Made by a program: the position numbers and the translations under genes. The notes beneath the pieces are model-generated. The model ran no database searches, was not told the DNA's origin, and saw only the letters and a program-made list of their open reading frames with translations. From Octopus sinensis (taxonomy: Eukaryota), in NCBI RefSeq assembly GCF_006345805.1, contig NC_043000.1, positions 67,766,001 to 67,830,000 on the forward strand: a stretch of 64,000 nucleotides of DNA, in the 5' to 3' direction. Of the stretch, positions 40,931 to 53,379 are shown one piece after another (position 1 is the stretch's first letter; every line of letters starts with the position of its first letter).

Positions 40931-43378
40931 TAATAATAATAATCATCATTTAACGTCCGTTTTCCATGCTAGCATGGGTTGGACGGTTCGACCAGGGTCT
41001 GGAAGTCATAGAGGCTGCACCAGGCTCTAGTCTGATTTGGCAGTGTTTCTACAGCTGGATGCCCTTCCTAACACCAACCACTCCGTGAGTGTAGTGGGTG
41101 TTTTTTGCGTGCCACCGGCACAGGGGCCAGTGCGGGCTGGCGAATGGCCACGATCGGTTGGTGCTTTTACATGTCACCGACACGAACGCCAGCCAGGCGG
41201 CGCTGGCATCTGCCTCATTCGGACGGTGCTTTTTACGTGTCACCGGCACGGGTGTCTTAACTACAATTTCCATTTGAATTTTTATTTTGATGTTGATGTA
41301 CTTGACTCAATAGGTCTCCTTAAGAACAGGTCACTCAACAATCCAAGGTTAGCACAGCAGGCCGTCCTGCGAGCCATGAACTCACTTCATTTGTCGGGTC
41401 TTCGAAGTCACAGCATATCTCCAGAGGTCTTGGTCTTTTGTCATAGCCTCTGTGAGACTCAGAGTACAAAGGCCATGCTTGACCACCTCATCCTATGTCT
41501 TCCTGAGTCTACCTCTACCCCAGATTCCTTCAACAGCTTGGGAGTGGCACTTCTTCACTCATCTCACCTCATCCATCCGTAGTACATGACCATACCAACT
41601 CAATCGTCTCTCCTGCACGCTGTATCCGATGCTTCTTATGCCCAACAATTCTCTCAGGGCGCTTACACTCTGTCATGCATGGACACTGACATTACACATC
41701 CAGTGGATCATGCTAGTTTCATTTCTTTCAAGCCTACGCATGTCCTCCACAGTCACAGCCCATGTTTCACTACCGTGAAGCATGGCAGTTTGCACACATG
41801 CGTCATACAATCTACCTTTCACTCTGAGCGAGAGGCCCTTTGTTGCCAGTAGGGGAAGAAGCTTCCTAAACTTTGCCCAGGCTATTCTTATTCTAGTGGT
41901 AACACTCTCTGAGCATCCACCCCTGCTACTGACACCTAGATAGCAGAAACTATCAACTACTTCTAGTTTCTCCCCAAGAAGTGTAATGGAATCTGTTCTC
42001 TGAGTATCAATGGTGTCTATTGCCCCTGTGCATCTGCAGCACACGAAAGCTATCTTCTCAGTTAATTTTCCTTTGATGTTGCTGCACCTCTTATGTGTCC
42101 ATAGCTTACACTGGGGACATCTTATGGAGTTTCTACCTACACCTTTTCTACAGATCAAGCAGGGCCACCTACCTGAAGGGGTGTGTGATGAGTTTGCCTT
42201 CCTACTTACTAGAACTTTGGCCTTTTGATTCTAAACCTAGCTTCCACAACTGAAATTTCTTTTCTAGTTCTGATAGTGATTCTGCTACGAGGGCTAGGTC
42301 ATCAGCATAGAGGAGCTCCCAGGGACAACCCGTCTTAAATTCTTCTGTTATTGCCTGGAGGACTATGATGAATAGAAGGGGGCTGAGGGCTGAGCCTTGG
42401 TGGACGCCAACTTCTCCCTGGAATTCTTCACTGTACTCATTGCCTATCCTAACCTTACTAACAGCCTCTCTGTAAAGGGCCTGTACAGCCCTTATTAACC
42501 ATTTGTCAATCTCCAGTTTCCGCATCGCCCACCAGATAGGGGATTGGGGGACCCTGTCAAAGGCTTTCTCTAAGTTCACAAAAGCTAAGTATAGGGGTTT
42601 ATCTTTGGCTAGGTATTTCTCCTGCAGTTGTCGGACTATGAATATGGCATCAGTGGTTCTTCTGCCAGACACAAAACCAAACTGCATCTCATCTAGGCTA
42701 ACTCTCTCCCTAATTAGTTGGGCTATGACCCTCTCCGTGACCTTCATTACCTGATCCAGCAGTTTGATACCCCTGTAGTTGTTTCTATCTAGAGCATCAC
42801 CTTTACCCTTGTAGCAATTGACTATGGTGCTGCTACGCTAGTCATTGGGTATGACTCCATCATGAACTACTTGGTTTACAATGCGGGTGACTAGGCCGTA
42901 GCCCACACCACCAGATGTTTTAAGCATCTCAGCAGTGATTCCTGATGGGCCGGGGGCTTTTCCTGACTTCATACCCTTAATTGCCTTAACTACTAGGGAG
43001 CTATCTATACAGATAGCTGGTCCTTCTACTGGGTCAACATTTGGCAGGCTCTCCTCCTCCCATTCATTCTCTACATTCAGCAGTCTTTCATAGTGGCTCC
43101 TCTAAGCCTCTTTCTTTTCAGAATCACTTAAAACAAGTGCCCCATCATCCATTCGAACACATTTCTCTCCTGTGACATCGCAATTTTCTCTCACACACTG
43201 TCTTGCAATCCAAAATACCTCAGCTCTTTGGTCCTCACGTGTCTGGACATTGGCAAACTTCTTTTCCGTTTCGCTCTTGGCTATGTATACCTGCTGCCCA
43301 GCCTCCCTTTTGGCTACCTGGTACCGTTCCCTGCTACCCCCATCCTTCCAGGCTTTAATAATAAATGCCCTGATGCAG
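40930..43378 (-). mobile_element. Degenerate 5'-truncated RTE LINE, same family as the intact copy
   Basis: ORF pieces 43102-43380, 42202-42747 (YADD) and 41673-42158 (PHD). 3' UTR motif ctggatgcccttcctaac and (GAT/TAT)n tail. Confidence 0.93.
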
Positions 43379-44695
43379 TACCAGGCAGTGGCTCTCATGG
43401 CTTCTGATCTTAAATGATTGGAAGTCTTATCATGTGCATTGTTTTGTCTTGGTATAAAAGATGGGCTACAGCAAATATTCTGCAATACCACAGATTTGCT
43501 TCTCGGTTGTTTGACCTTAACCAGTTGAGCATGTTCCTTAGTGGCTGACGATATGTGCATCTCTGATCATGAGCAGAAGTAGTGGGGGAGCATCACAGCC
43601 ATGTGTTGAGAGGGATTCTGGAAATATGGGTGCACCATTCAACATCTTTAAACAAACCTTATTCAGGGACCTTTTAAGCAGGATGGATTACTCGACTAGA
43701 AGGAAATTCTAACTGGGTCCCACCTGCAAAGTCATGTACTGTTTATCTTGATATGAGAACACCATGTCGTGCACATATGGTTATGATGCATGTGCCTAGT
43801 GTACCCTTATCATACAGATAGTCATGATGTATATACTGGGCTTTGTATATTTTACCCCAGTGTCACTTTGATGCCATGCACTGCTCTCTAACTCAATAAT
43901 AATAATAATCCTTTCTACTGTAGGCCCAAGGCCTGAAATTTTGTTGGGAAGGAGGTAGTTAATATCATCAACCCTAGTACTCAACTGATATTTATTTTAT
44001 CGATTTCAAAGGATGAAAGACAAAGTCAACCTCACTGGAATTTGAACTCAGAATGTAAAGCCAGAAGAAATGCTGGTAAGCATTTTGTCTGGCTTGTTAA
44101 TGATTCTGATAGCTAACGACAACGATGACAACAACAACAACAAGAAGCACAAAGCTAGTTCATCCCCAGTATTGGCTGGTGCTTTATTTTAGCAAACTGA
44201 AAGAGTTGATATGATAATGAAGCATAAAAAATGTGCAGATCTAAATATCTATATTCTCTCTAACGCAGTAGCAAGATGTGTCTGCAACTGGTTGAGAATT
44301 TCTGTAGTGATTGGATGAATTTTAGTTACAATTGGATGAGAATAATTCTGGTTCATTTCAATCTCAAATATGTTGTACAAATTTACAATCTTCACTTGAC
44401 ACTGCTGAAGACCCTGTAACATAAAGAATATAGCAATATAAAATCACAACATATGACATAAGTTAATTCAAAACATTTGTTAACAACTTGATTATTTATA
44501 CATGAAAAAAAATAATAAACAGAGAAATAATATTAAAAATCATTATTTGCTCTGTGCACAACAGTAACTAATGATTGAATCTGTCAGAATGTATAAAGAA
44601 TAATTATGCAAATCATCATTTCAGACTGCACTGTACACAATGCAAATAATGCTTTGTTTTCTTTTGTTTTATTGGTTGGCAGACATAAGCACTGA

Positions 44696-44890
44696 TCAGC
44701 AAATGGTTTGTTTGTTGATATGATAAACAAAGCCAGTAGCTTGTTTAAGCTCAAAGGTGTGGGTACTTGTGGCTGACAAGACACAAAATGTTGAAACACT
44801 GGTGTCCCAGAATCCCTTGCACCAATGAGCCAAGTGCATTTCACATGTGACATGCACAACTGGAAACAGTATATCTGTGTTTAAATCAAC
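44696..44890 (-). CDS. Candidate terminal coding exon of an unidentified host gene
   Basis: Strong acceptor tttttgtttttaatgtttcag, then phase-1 frame (V)DLNTDILFPVVHVTCEMHLAHWCKGFW...INKQTIC*. No TE motif recognised. Confidence 0.5.
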   Translation of the reverse strand, partial: VDLNTDILFPVVHVTCEMHLAHWCKGFWDTSVSTFCVLSATSTHTFELKQATGFVYHINKQTIC

Positions 44891-45522
44891 TGAAACATTA
44901 AAAACAAAAATGCAATTCATTGTTTTAGAAATAATGTAGTTTTTTTTTTTTTAAACATAGAAACTGTTCACAAAGTTCTTTTTCCCATGTTATACAAACC
45001 CAATTCTTTGTATTTTAGTAGACTAACATTGGGCTTTTTGGTTTTGTTATCTTTCTGTTTTTTGTCTTGTCACCATTCTATAGCCTAATTTAGATTTCCA
45101 GTGTTTCCAATTAGTAATTATTGCTAAGAATTTTGTTTTACAGTTGATTAGTATGAATAAAATAGGCTAAAATACCAGTTTTACATATTTTATCTAACTG
45201 GAAATATTTGGCCAAAGGAACCTCTAACTGGTCACTCAATCTGCTGAAAATAGCAAACAAATTTCCTTCAAACTACACCTATCATAATAGAAAAATTAAG
45301 AGGAAGGACAAATTAGATAAAGTAGTCCTAAATACCCCTAAGAAGAGAGAAAGGCCACAGCTGTTTTCTCAGCCATGAATAGAGGTTAAACAGCAATATC
45401 AACAACTAAAGATATTTTTCTACAGCACAGATTATACCATAACTGCCATGCTATTATCCTTTTATATATTCAAATATTTTATGATGCAATATTTAATGTT
45501 ATGTGTGGCTGTGTGGTGAAGC

Positions 45523-45557
<35 letters not shown>

Positions 45558-45559
45558 AT

Positions 45560-47520
45560 ATATATATGTATATGTATATATACATATATATATATAGTGA
45601 GAATTTACAAAAAAAAACAAAAAAGGACAAAGATGGGTGTGTAAACAACAAACAGATGTATTAGTTTAGTGCTCAGGAAGTGAGAAAGTCTTTTACGCTT
45701 CGAGCCTATGCTCTTCGACAGAAAGGTACACAGAAATAAACAGGGAGAGAAAATAGAAAAAGGTTTAGTGGCTAGTGATCTACCATGGTGAATGCCAGAC
45801 AGAGGGGTCACACAGGAGAGCTAAGAAGAAGGGATGATAATAAAGTAGTGGTGATCCGAAAATAAAGGTGCACATGCATATGTATGTACGTGCGGAAGGG
45901 GGCTGGTGACATTGACATGTGCCTGTGTGCATGTGTAGGTGTGTGGATGATGGTGTAGATACTGGGAAGTGGTCAGTGCTAGTGTGTGCAGAGTGGTGTG
46001 GTGGTATGTTGTGGTGGTGTGTGGTGGTGGTGTGTGGTGTGGTGTGGTGGAGGCAAGAGTGAGGGATGGTGGGGTTGGAATGTGTAGGGATGGGGTAATG
46101 AAGGAGGGGTGATGATGAAGGGAGAGGGGGAAGGGAGGAGGTGGGTAGGAGTGAAGAGAGGAAGTAGGTGCCAGAGCAAGAGAGGAGAGGTGGGTGGGAG
46201 GAAGTAGGTGTGAGAGGAAGAGAGAAGGAGAGTTATATGAAGATGGAAGGAGAGTTGAGCCCATGTGGCACAAAAGAGCAAAGAGAGAAGATTAATCCCT
46301 GCTCACGGCAAAGATGGGAGTCCAGATGGCCCCTGTGCAAAGACAATCCAAACACAGACAGGTGTTGTAAAGAGTGACCAGTAGAGTGGAAATAGCACAA
46401 GACCGGGGTGTGATTGCTGAATCGGATGTCTTTGAGGTGTTCTGCGAACTGGTCAGCCATGCATCCCGTTTGACCGATGTATAGAGAAGGACAGAGAGAG
46501 CAGGAGATGCAGTAGATGACGTTGCTAGAAGTGCAGGTGAAGGAGTCAGTGATATGGTAGGGTCAATGATGAGTGCCTGTGAGGAGGGTGGTGCTGGAGA
46601 GGTAAGGGCAAGTGCGACAGCATGGGCGGGAGCAGGGGAATGAGCTAGGTTGGGAGGTTGGGTTAGGTAAGGAGCTGTGGACCAAGAGGTTTTGTAGGTT
46701 GTGGGCTCGTTTGAAGTTGGGGAGGAGTTGATTAGGGAAGATGTGCAATGTGGAGTGGTTGACTGGAGTCGCTGGAAGGCTTGGAGAATGGTGCGTTGGA
46801 GAAGGTGGTGGGGTGGTAGGTGAAGGGAAACGGGAGACGGGTGACAACAGGGCAGGTGCGGGGGTAGAGAACAGATGCACGGTCCATGGAACATGCTCTG
46901 GCAAGGGCGGTGTGGATAGTGGTGAGGGGATATCCACGTAAGATGAAGTGTCGAGCCATAAGTTGAGACTGAGTCTCAAAGTCATGGTTGTCACAGCAGA
47001 GCCTGTGTAGATGGAGGAATTGGGAAAAGGGGATGGAGAGCTTGGTATGTTTAGGATGGGAGGAGGAGAAGTTGAGGCATGAGTGTAAGTCTGTGTGTTT
47101 GTAGTGGATGGAGGTGGTGAGAGTAGAGCGATGAATGCTGACCGAAATGTCAAGAAAGGAGACTGAGGTGTCGGAGATAGTGCAGAAGTGGAGGGCAGGA
47201 TGGAAAGATTTGACAAAAGAGAGGAAAGAGTCTAGATGTTCGCGGGAGAGTGAGATCACACCGATACAGTCATCAATATAATGACTGTATAGTACAGGAG
47301 TGGGACCAGTGAAATCTGGGCCTCAACATAGCCAATGAACAGGTTCACATAGTTGGGATCCTTTCTTGTTCCCATGGCCACTCCCAAGACCTGCTGGTAA
47401 AAATTACCCACGAATGAGAAGCAGTTAAGTGAGAGGACCAGTTCAGCCAAATGAAGGAGTGTGGATGTGTCAGGTTGGGGGTTGGGTCAAAGGTCAAGGA
47501 AATGTTGGAGTGCATGCAGC
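45560..47520 (-). mobile_element. Degenerate Penelope-like element (RT plus GIY-YIG)
   Basis: FYQQVLGVAMGT..YIDDC..SFLDISV..SHPKHTKLSIPFSQFL, then CRTCP..NVIYCISC..LYIGQTG..FAEHL. Confidence 0.9.
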
Positions 47521-47539
47521 CCCTCGTGGTGAGGAATCA

Positions 47540-47576
<37 letters not shown>

Positions 47577-47586
47577 TATATTGTAT

Positions 47587-47750
47587 AAAGGATCATGGGT
47601 AAGGTCAAAACAATGCAAAGTAAATGCAAGGTAAATCGCAAGAAAACAAATATGTGAATACAAGGTAAGTCTACATTAATTCACATATTTGTTTTCTTGT
47701 GATTTACCTTGCATTTACTTTCCATTGTTTGGCCTTACCCTCAATCCTTT
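47587..47750. repeat. Hairpin-forming inverted repeat (~73-bp arms, ~19-nt loop)
   Basis: gcaaggtaaatcgcaagaaaacaaatatgtgaat pairs with attcacatatttgttttcttgtgatttaccttgc. Confidence 0.85.
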
Positions 47751-48076
47751 ATGCAATATACTCTACACAAGGCTTCATAGTAATTATTCCCCCCCCCACA
47801 CACACACACACACTCACACACAGATAGGACAAATGATAGCAGGCTGTGAGAAGACAATAATGAATAAAAAATATGAAAATCTTTAAAAATATTTTTGTTC
47901 ACCAAAAACACACTAAAATTGCACTAAAAAGATTAGATTTTTCTTTCATGAATAGCTAAATAATATTAAAAATAAAATTAAACATCATTGATTACTTTTT
48001 AAATTGAATGTTAGCATGATTGGTGGGTTATTTTTGTTCAAAAGTATAAATAACTTGTTAAAGAAAAGGATCTGAC

Positions 48077-48130
48077 CTGGTGAAGTTTCTGTTTTAGGCT
48101 TGAATCGGAAGCTGAAGCAGCATTCATTTT
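48077..48130 (-). CDS. Candidate 54-nt internal exon
   Basis: ttttatttttacttag acceptor and CAG|gtcaga donor. Phase-1 frame (E)NECCFSFRFKPKTETSP joins the 44890 exon in frame. Confidence 0.45.
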
Positions 48131-48649
48131 CTAAGTAAAAATAAAATATCAGAATTAAACCTCGAAGAATAATGGGAAAGCAAAGGAAATAAATCAGGAA
48201 TTTCAGCAGGAATCTTAATGGTAAGATGGATGCTATGGTCAATCTGTATATTAGCAAACTAACAAACTTGCAAATAGATGACAAACTGAGTAAAAATTAA
48301 GAAGCTTTTTTAGTGACCTGCATCTACTAGTTTGATTTCTCCTAGGACTGTTATTTCTATATATAAAATCTTTTATAAAGCAGAAGATGAGAGGCATTGT
48401 CACTAGAAATACTTCAAAATAGGAAATGATTTGAAGACTAACAAAAAAAAATTGACAGGTTGGTTTTCCTGCACTATGGTTCAAAATGTGATGTTCTCAC
48501 TACTGAGATATCCACTCAAGTATCACTAGAGTCAAGTTGAAATATTTCATTTTACATTAATATCCTCTTGAAGGAAGTAGTATCCTAATTATACTGTCAC
48601 AAGAATTGTACTTCTCACAGAGGTTCCCTGTAGCTTTCAGTAGATCATT

Positions 48650-48960
48650 ATCATCATCATCATCATTGTTTAACGTCCATTGGACGATTTAATTGAGGTC
48701 TGACAAACTAAATGGCTGCACCAATCTGATCTGGCAGAGTTTCTAAAGCTGGATGCCCTTCCTAACGCCAACCACTCCAAGAGTGTAGTGGGTGCTTTTA
48801 CGTGCCACCAGCATGAGGGCCAGTCAGGCGGTACTGGCAACAGCCATGCTCAAATGGTGCCTTTTATGTGCCACCTGCACAGGAGCCAGTCCAGTGGCAC
48901 TGGCAACGACCTCACTCGACTGTTTTTTCACGTGCCACCAGCACAAGTGCCAGTAAGGTG
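48650..48960 (-). mobile_element. RTE-type 3' UTR/tail fragment
   Basis: (cat)n-tttaacgtcc...ctggatgcccttcctaacgccaacc. Confidence 0.75.
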
Positions 48961-49186
48961 AGTACAGCTAACTACTAACAGGTTATGGATAAAGTAGCTT
49001 TAAGTGTTGCAGTCCTTTTCTAAATTCCACTGTCAGCAATGGAGCCCTTTAACACCCAACTCATCATCCATTTTAACCAATATTCACACTTGTACAGTTA
49101 TCTCTCCTACATACATCAAATAATTTTGATACTTGACCACTCTGTCAAGCTATTCCTGATTTGACATCTGTACAGTTAACATTATA

Positions 49187-49592
49187 GGCGTAGGAGTGGT
49201 TGTATGGTAAGTAACTTACTTACAAACCACATGGTTCCGGGTTCAGTCCCACTGTGTGGCACCTTGGGCAAGTGTCTTCTACTATAGCCTCGGGCTGACC
49301 AAAGCCTTGTGAGTGGATTTGGTAGACAGAAACTGAAAGAAGCCCGTCATATATATGTATGTATTTATGTGTGTGTGTGTCTGTTTGTCTGTCTGTGTCT
49401 GTCCTCCCAACATCGCTTGACAACCAATGTTGGTGTGTTTACATCCCTGTAACTTAGCAGTTCAGCAAAAGAGACCGACAGAATAAGTACTAGGCTTACA
49501 AAAAATAAGTCCTGGGGTCGATTTGCTAGACTAAAGGCAGTGCTCCAGCATGGCCAAAGTCAAATGACTGAAACAAGTAAAAGAGTAAAAGA
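49187..49592 (+). mobile_element. tRNA-derived SINE (octopus type), CpG-decayed
   Basis: ggcgtaggagtgg...ccttgggcaagtgtcttctac...gtaaaagagtaaaaga. Confidence 0.9.
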
Positions 49593-49599
49593 CAGATTA

Positions 49600-49860
49600 T
49601 TACACATCCTGATCTTTCAATGCCCTTCTTTCATTATCATGCAGTATCACATTTCTCACAAATGTTTCAGTCTCCTTTTTGTGCAAAAAGAGAAACCTTT
49701 TGTTGCCAACAGAAGTAACAATGTTTCTCTTAATTTCTTCTTCTCTTTTCTTATCCTAGCCACTATACTTTCACAACAACCACCCACTGAATTAAGTAGG
49801 TCTTCAAAGCAACAGAAATTGTCAACATCTAGCAAGTTTAATAAGCAATTCATTGAATTT
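49600..49860 (-). mobile_element. Decayed RTE RT fragment
   Basis: LDVDNFCC..GGCCESIVARIR..LLLATKGFS matches the intact RTE C-terminal RT. Confidence 0.75.
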
Positions 49861-51499
49861 ATTTTATGGATGCTTTAATGAGGGAGTTTTTACCTAACTG
49901 CTCACACCAGCATGATATAACATCCGAATCTCCCTTATATTACATCCTACCACCTCAAAGAAGTTTGGAGACATTGGATGATTATGTACATATAGCCTGG
50001 AAAAGAGTCACAAGGATCTTGACTGAAATGCTTTCCACCATAAGATAAGGACTCACCAGGGCTTAAATAACAACTATTGTGCATCTATCGCTTCAAAAAT
50101 TTTGGGGTTTTCTGTCATTCTGTTAAATATTGTATCTTTAACAAACACATTACATTGAATATACAGTTCCTACTTCCTTATTTCTTATTTATTGAGGATA
50201 TCAGGCAATATTTTGTGCTTCCTCTTACTAATTGTACTTTTAGTATTTATCATACTGACTTTAACCTTTTGAACTTTAGTAAACCTATAAATGCCAATAG
50301 ACACTAACCTTGAAAAAGCTACAGCTTTTGGGGCTTTCATTATTTTTATTGCCTTATGACAAGGGGAAATGTTTAACATTATAGTGCAGCTTTGCATAAT
50401 AATAATATCATTTGATGATATAAACCTCATGTGTGTGCATGATAGGTCTAAGCTTAGCAGTCTTTTTAATGCATAATTCTATTTATGACCTTTCTTCTTC
50501 AGCCAAGATAAATCACCTATTTCAACTTCTGATAATAAAAAGCCCCAAGAATTTGCTCCTCAACACTAATTCATAATATATTGACATCGGATTAAAAATA
50601 ACCGTCAGATTTTCTAGATGAATCTTTTAGTCTTTCTTCATCAGGGTCATCTACTGCCTCTTCCACTGCCTTAACATATTTAATCATAAGCAGATACTAA
50701 GCCAGCTCACCTCGTAATGTAATAAGGGCATCCATTTTATTTTTCTTATTCTCAAAAGTAATAGTTCACAAAGACTGTAATGTGTACTCATTGCACCTCT
50801 TCATTACCTTCTTTTACTCTCCTCATCCACACAACAAGCCTCAAGAACGATTTGTTCTATGAGACTGAAATGCAAACTTCTATTATCTCTCCATACAGTT
50901 CTCAGCAATGCAATATGTCACTGTCTGATTTCATCTATGAAAAATAGATAATTACAGTATCCAGACTTCTAGGATCCAACAAATACTACTTTATTATTGC
51001 AGTATCAACCTACAATAAACAGCAAAATAGCTACTACTCTATGCTGTCTTTTCATACTAACAAAAGCATATGTACTGAAGCATATGTACCTAACTTTTGA
51101 TTCATATTAAACTGCCAAATAAGTGATAGAAACAGTCCACATAAGTAAATACATTATATCTCATAAAAAAATTATGAAAGCAATCTTAAAGTGGCTTACA
51201 CAAGATGTATAGCTGCTATTATATAGATCAAAAAGATAACTTGCTTACAAACGTAATTTATATAAGACCATCCAGAGAAAACTTTACCTTCTCATTGTGT
51301 GTGTGTGTGTTTCTTTGTGATGGACAACAGAAACAATGCATATGAATAACAGTTGTCATCTTAATAACCCTTTCTGTCCTTAAAGTTACGTTTTCCTCAC
51401 ACCCACCTCCCTTTTCCTTCCTTAGCGTTCTAAAAGTTACATACATGTATATGTATTGGTGTGCCTATATATGTAGGTATCTATGTATTTACATATGCA

Positions 51500-52201
51500 T
51501 GTATACAAACAGCAATTCTAGACGGTAGTGAGATGCAGGCCCTGAATGCAGAGAACATGTGAAGGCTAGAGAGGAATACAGCTAGTATGTTCCACTGGAT
51601 GTGCAACGTGTAAATGTACATGTGCAACAGAATGCAAGTGTGTTGAGAGAAAAATTAAGCATAAGAGGAATTAGATGCAGTGTGCAAGAAAGACTGTACT
51701 GGTTTGGTCATGTGATACAGATGGATGTGACAGCACCATAAAGAAGTGCCGTTCACTCAAAGTGGATGGAACTTGTAGAAGAGGGAGACCCAAGAAGACA
51801 TGGGATGAAGCACTAAAGGATGATCTCAGGACACTGAACCTTATGGAGGAGATGACAAAGAACCGAGATATCTGGCACTTTGCAGTACTCAAAAAGACCT
51901 GTCCTCCACAACAGAAGTGTTAATGCCACCACCCAACGAACCCTGATGAAGAAGATTGGCTTGCAAGAGTCCTATGCCAACTCTACATAATAAGCACTTC
52001 TGCCAGTGCCATGTAAAAGCACTCATGCTGGTGCCACATTAAAAGCACCCAGCACACACTGTAAAGTGATTGGTGTTAAGAAAGGCATCCAGTTATAGAA
52101 ACCAAGCTAAATCTGATTAGACTGGAACCTGGTGCAGCTCTTCTACTTGCCAGCTCTGATAAAATCATCCAACCCATGCTAGCATGGAAAGCAAACATTA
52201 A

Positions 52202-52233
<32 letters not shown>

Positions 52234-52235
52234 AT
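51500..52235 (+). mobile_element. RTE 3' fragment with UTR and (GAT)n tail
   Basis: KCRSLKVDGTCRRGRPKKTWDEALKDDLRTLNL, then the gaaaggcatccag UTR motif. Confidence 0.88.
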
Positions 52236-52375
52236 ATGCAACGTCCATCATAATATATTGTTATATTTTACCAAGCCCTACCCACAGCTTGGAAATTTCT
52301 CAATTTTGATTCTTTAACTTAACTCCTACCTTACCCCTCTCATTCAAGTTCAGTGCAACTCAGCCCACACCTCAC

Positions 52376-52401
52376 CTTTCCTAATAATACAGTAAAAATA
52401 G
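52376..52401 (-). CDS. Candidate 26-nt microexon
   Basis: ctaacaatcattcag acceptor and AAG|gtgagg donor. Confidence 0.3.
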
Positions 52402-52529
52402 CTGAATGATTGTTAGAATTTTACAAGTTATAGGATATAGACATATTCACATGTATCTTTGAGCCAGATTGAATTAATTGTCAGAAAATCTTACATCAAT
52501 ATAAAATTAGTTCCAGCTGGTGAATCTCT

Positions 52530-52900
52530 AATAATCTTTGACTTTATCTTTCCTCTCAATCCTGCAGCAAACTCAAAGTGAACAATTACCAAACCAATTC
52601 ACTGCTACAACCATTAAGTAGGAAGCTGCTTCATCTGCCACTTCAGCTATCTTTGGGTCGATGGCATTCATTAAAAAATTTCATCAATCTACCAAATTTA
52701 CCAACAACACTAGTTATTTCCATTACCACTGGTTCAAAAATATGTACCTTGCAAGGAAGCATACTTGATCCACTTGCTTTTCTTGGCCCTTGTTGCAGTA
52801 CCCAATGAGTGAATAGCAGCTTCTGGGATAAGGCTATAAGAGAAAGTATTGGTAATGGTGACATCCAACACCAATGACCAATCTGAGACTTCTCAGATGT
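52530..52900 (-). mobile_element. RLE-type (CRE-like) non-LTR retrotransposon C-terminal remnant
   Basis: SLVLDVTITNTF..KWIKYASL..FEPVVMEITSVVGK, frameshifted. Confidence 0.55.
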
Positions 52901-53337
52901 TCACCATGACATGGACTCTGAAATCTTCAATATTAAGGATTGTTCGATTATCATATCTGTCCATCATTGAAACAGCATGACATCAACACAGATGTCAGGC
53001 ATAAACAGGTAAAAACAGTTAGGAACAAACAAGTTTCCTTTCCAAAATCACACAAATCATAAATATTCACAATCACAAGCACTTTATGCACACAATGGCA
53101 ACAGGAAAACTTTCACAAACATACAATCACATCTGCACTGAGAGTTTCTCTTTTTTTCTTTAACCATCAAAACAGATTTTTAAAAACTTTATCTCAAAAT
53201 GAGTGAAACAAGATAGGAAAAAGAGAAGTTGAGTATCACCCTTTGGTAGCTGATGCTGTAGGTATGGTATGAAGAAAGTTTTAAAAGAATAAGTAAAAGA
53301 ATTCAAAATGAATGAGAAATATAATGTTGTTACTTAC

Positions 53338-53379
53338 AACTGATTCTTCAACTGTAAACCCAATGAATTCAGTAAGTAG
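53338..53379 (-). CDS. Candidate 42-nt internal exon
   Basis: tgtttgatttcag acceptor and gtaagta donor. Open in two frames (LLTEFIGFTVEESV or YLLNSLGLQLKNQ). Confidence 0.5.

Noticed and set aside
45690-45725. Hammerhead-like motif in the tail of the minus-strand Penelope
   Set aside because: The core reads CUGUCGA and GAAG, two changes at essential positions; at best a dead relic.
50057-50119. Exon-like segment with a strong gtgagt donor on the minus strand
   Set aside because: Stop codons in all three frames, so it cannot be an internal coding exon; left unassigned.
50300-50950. Possible DNA transposase remnant on the minus strand
   Set aside because: Coding-like composition, but multiple stops and no motif I can name.
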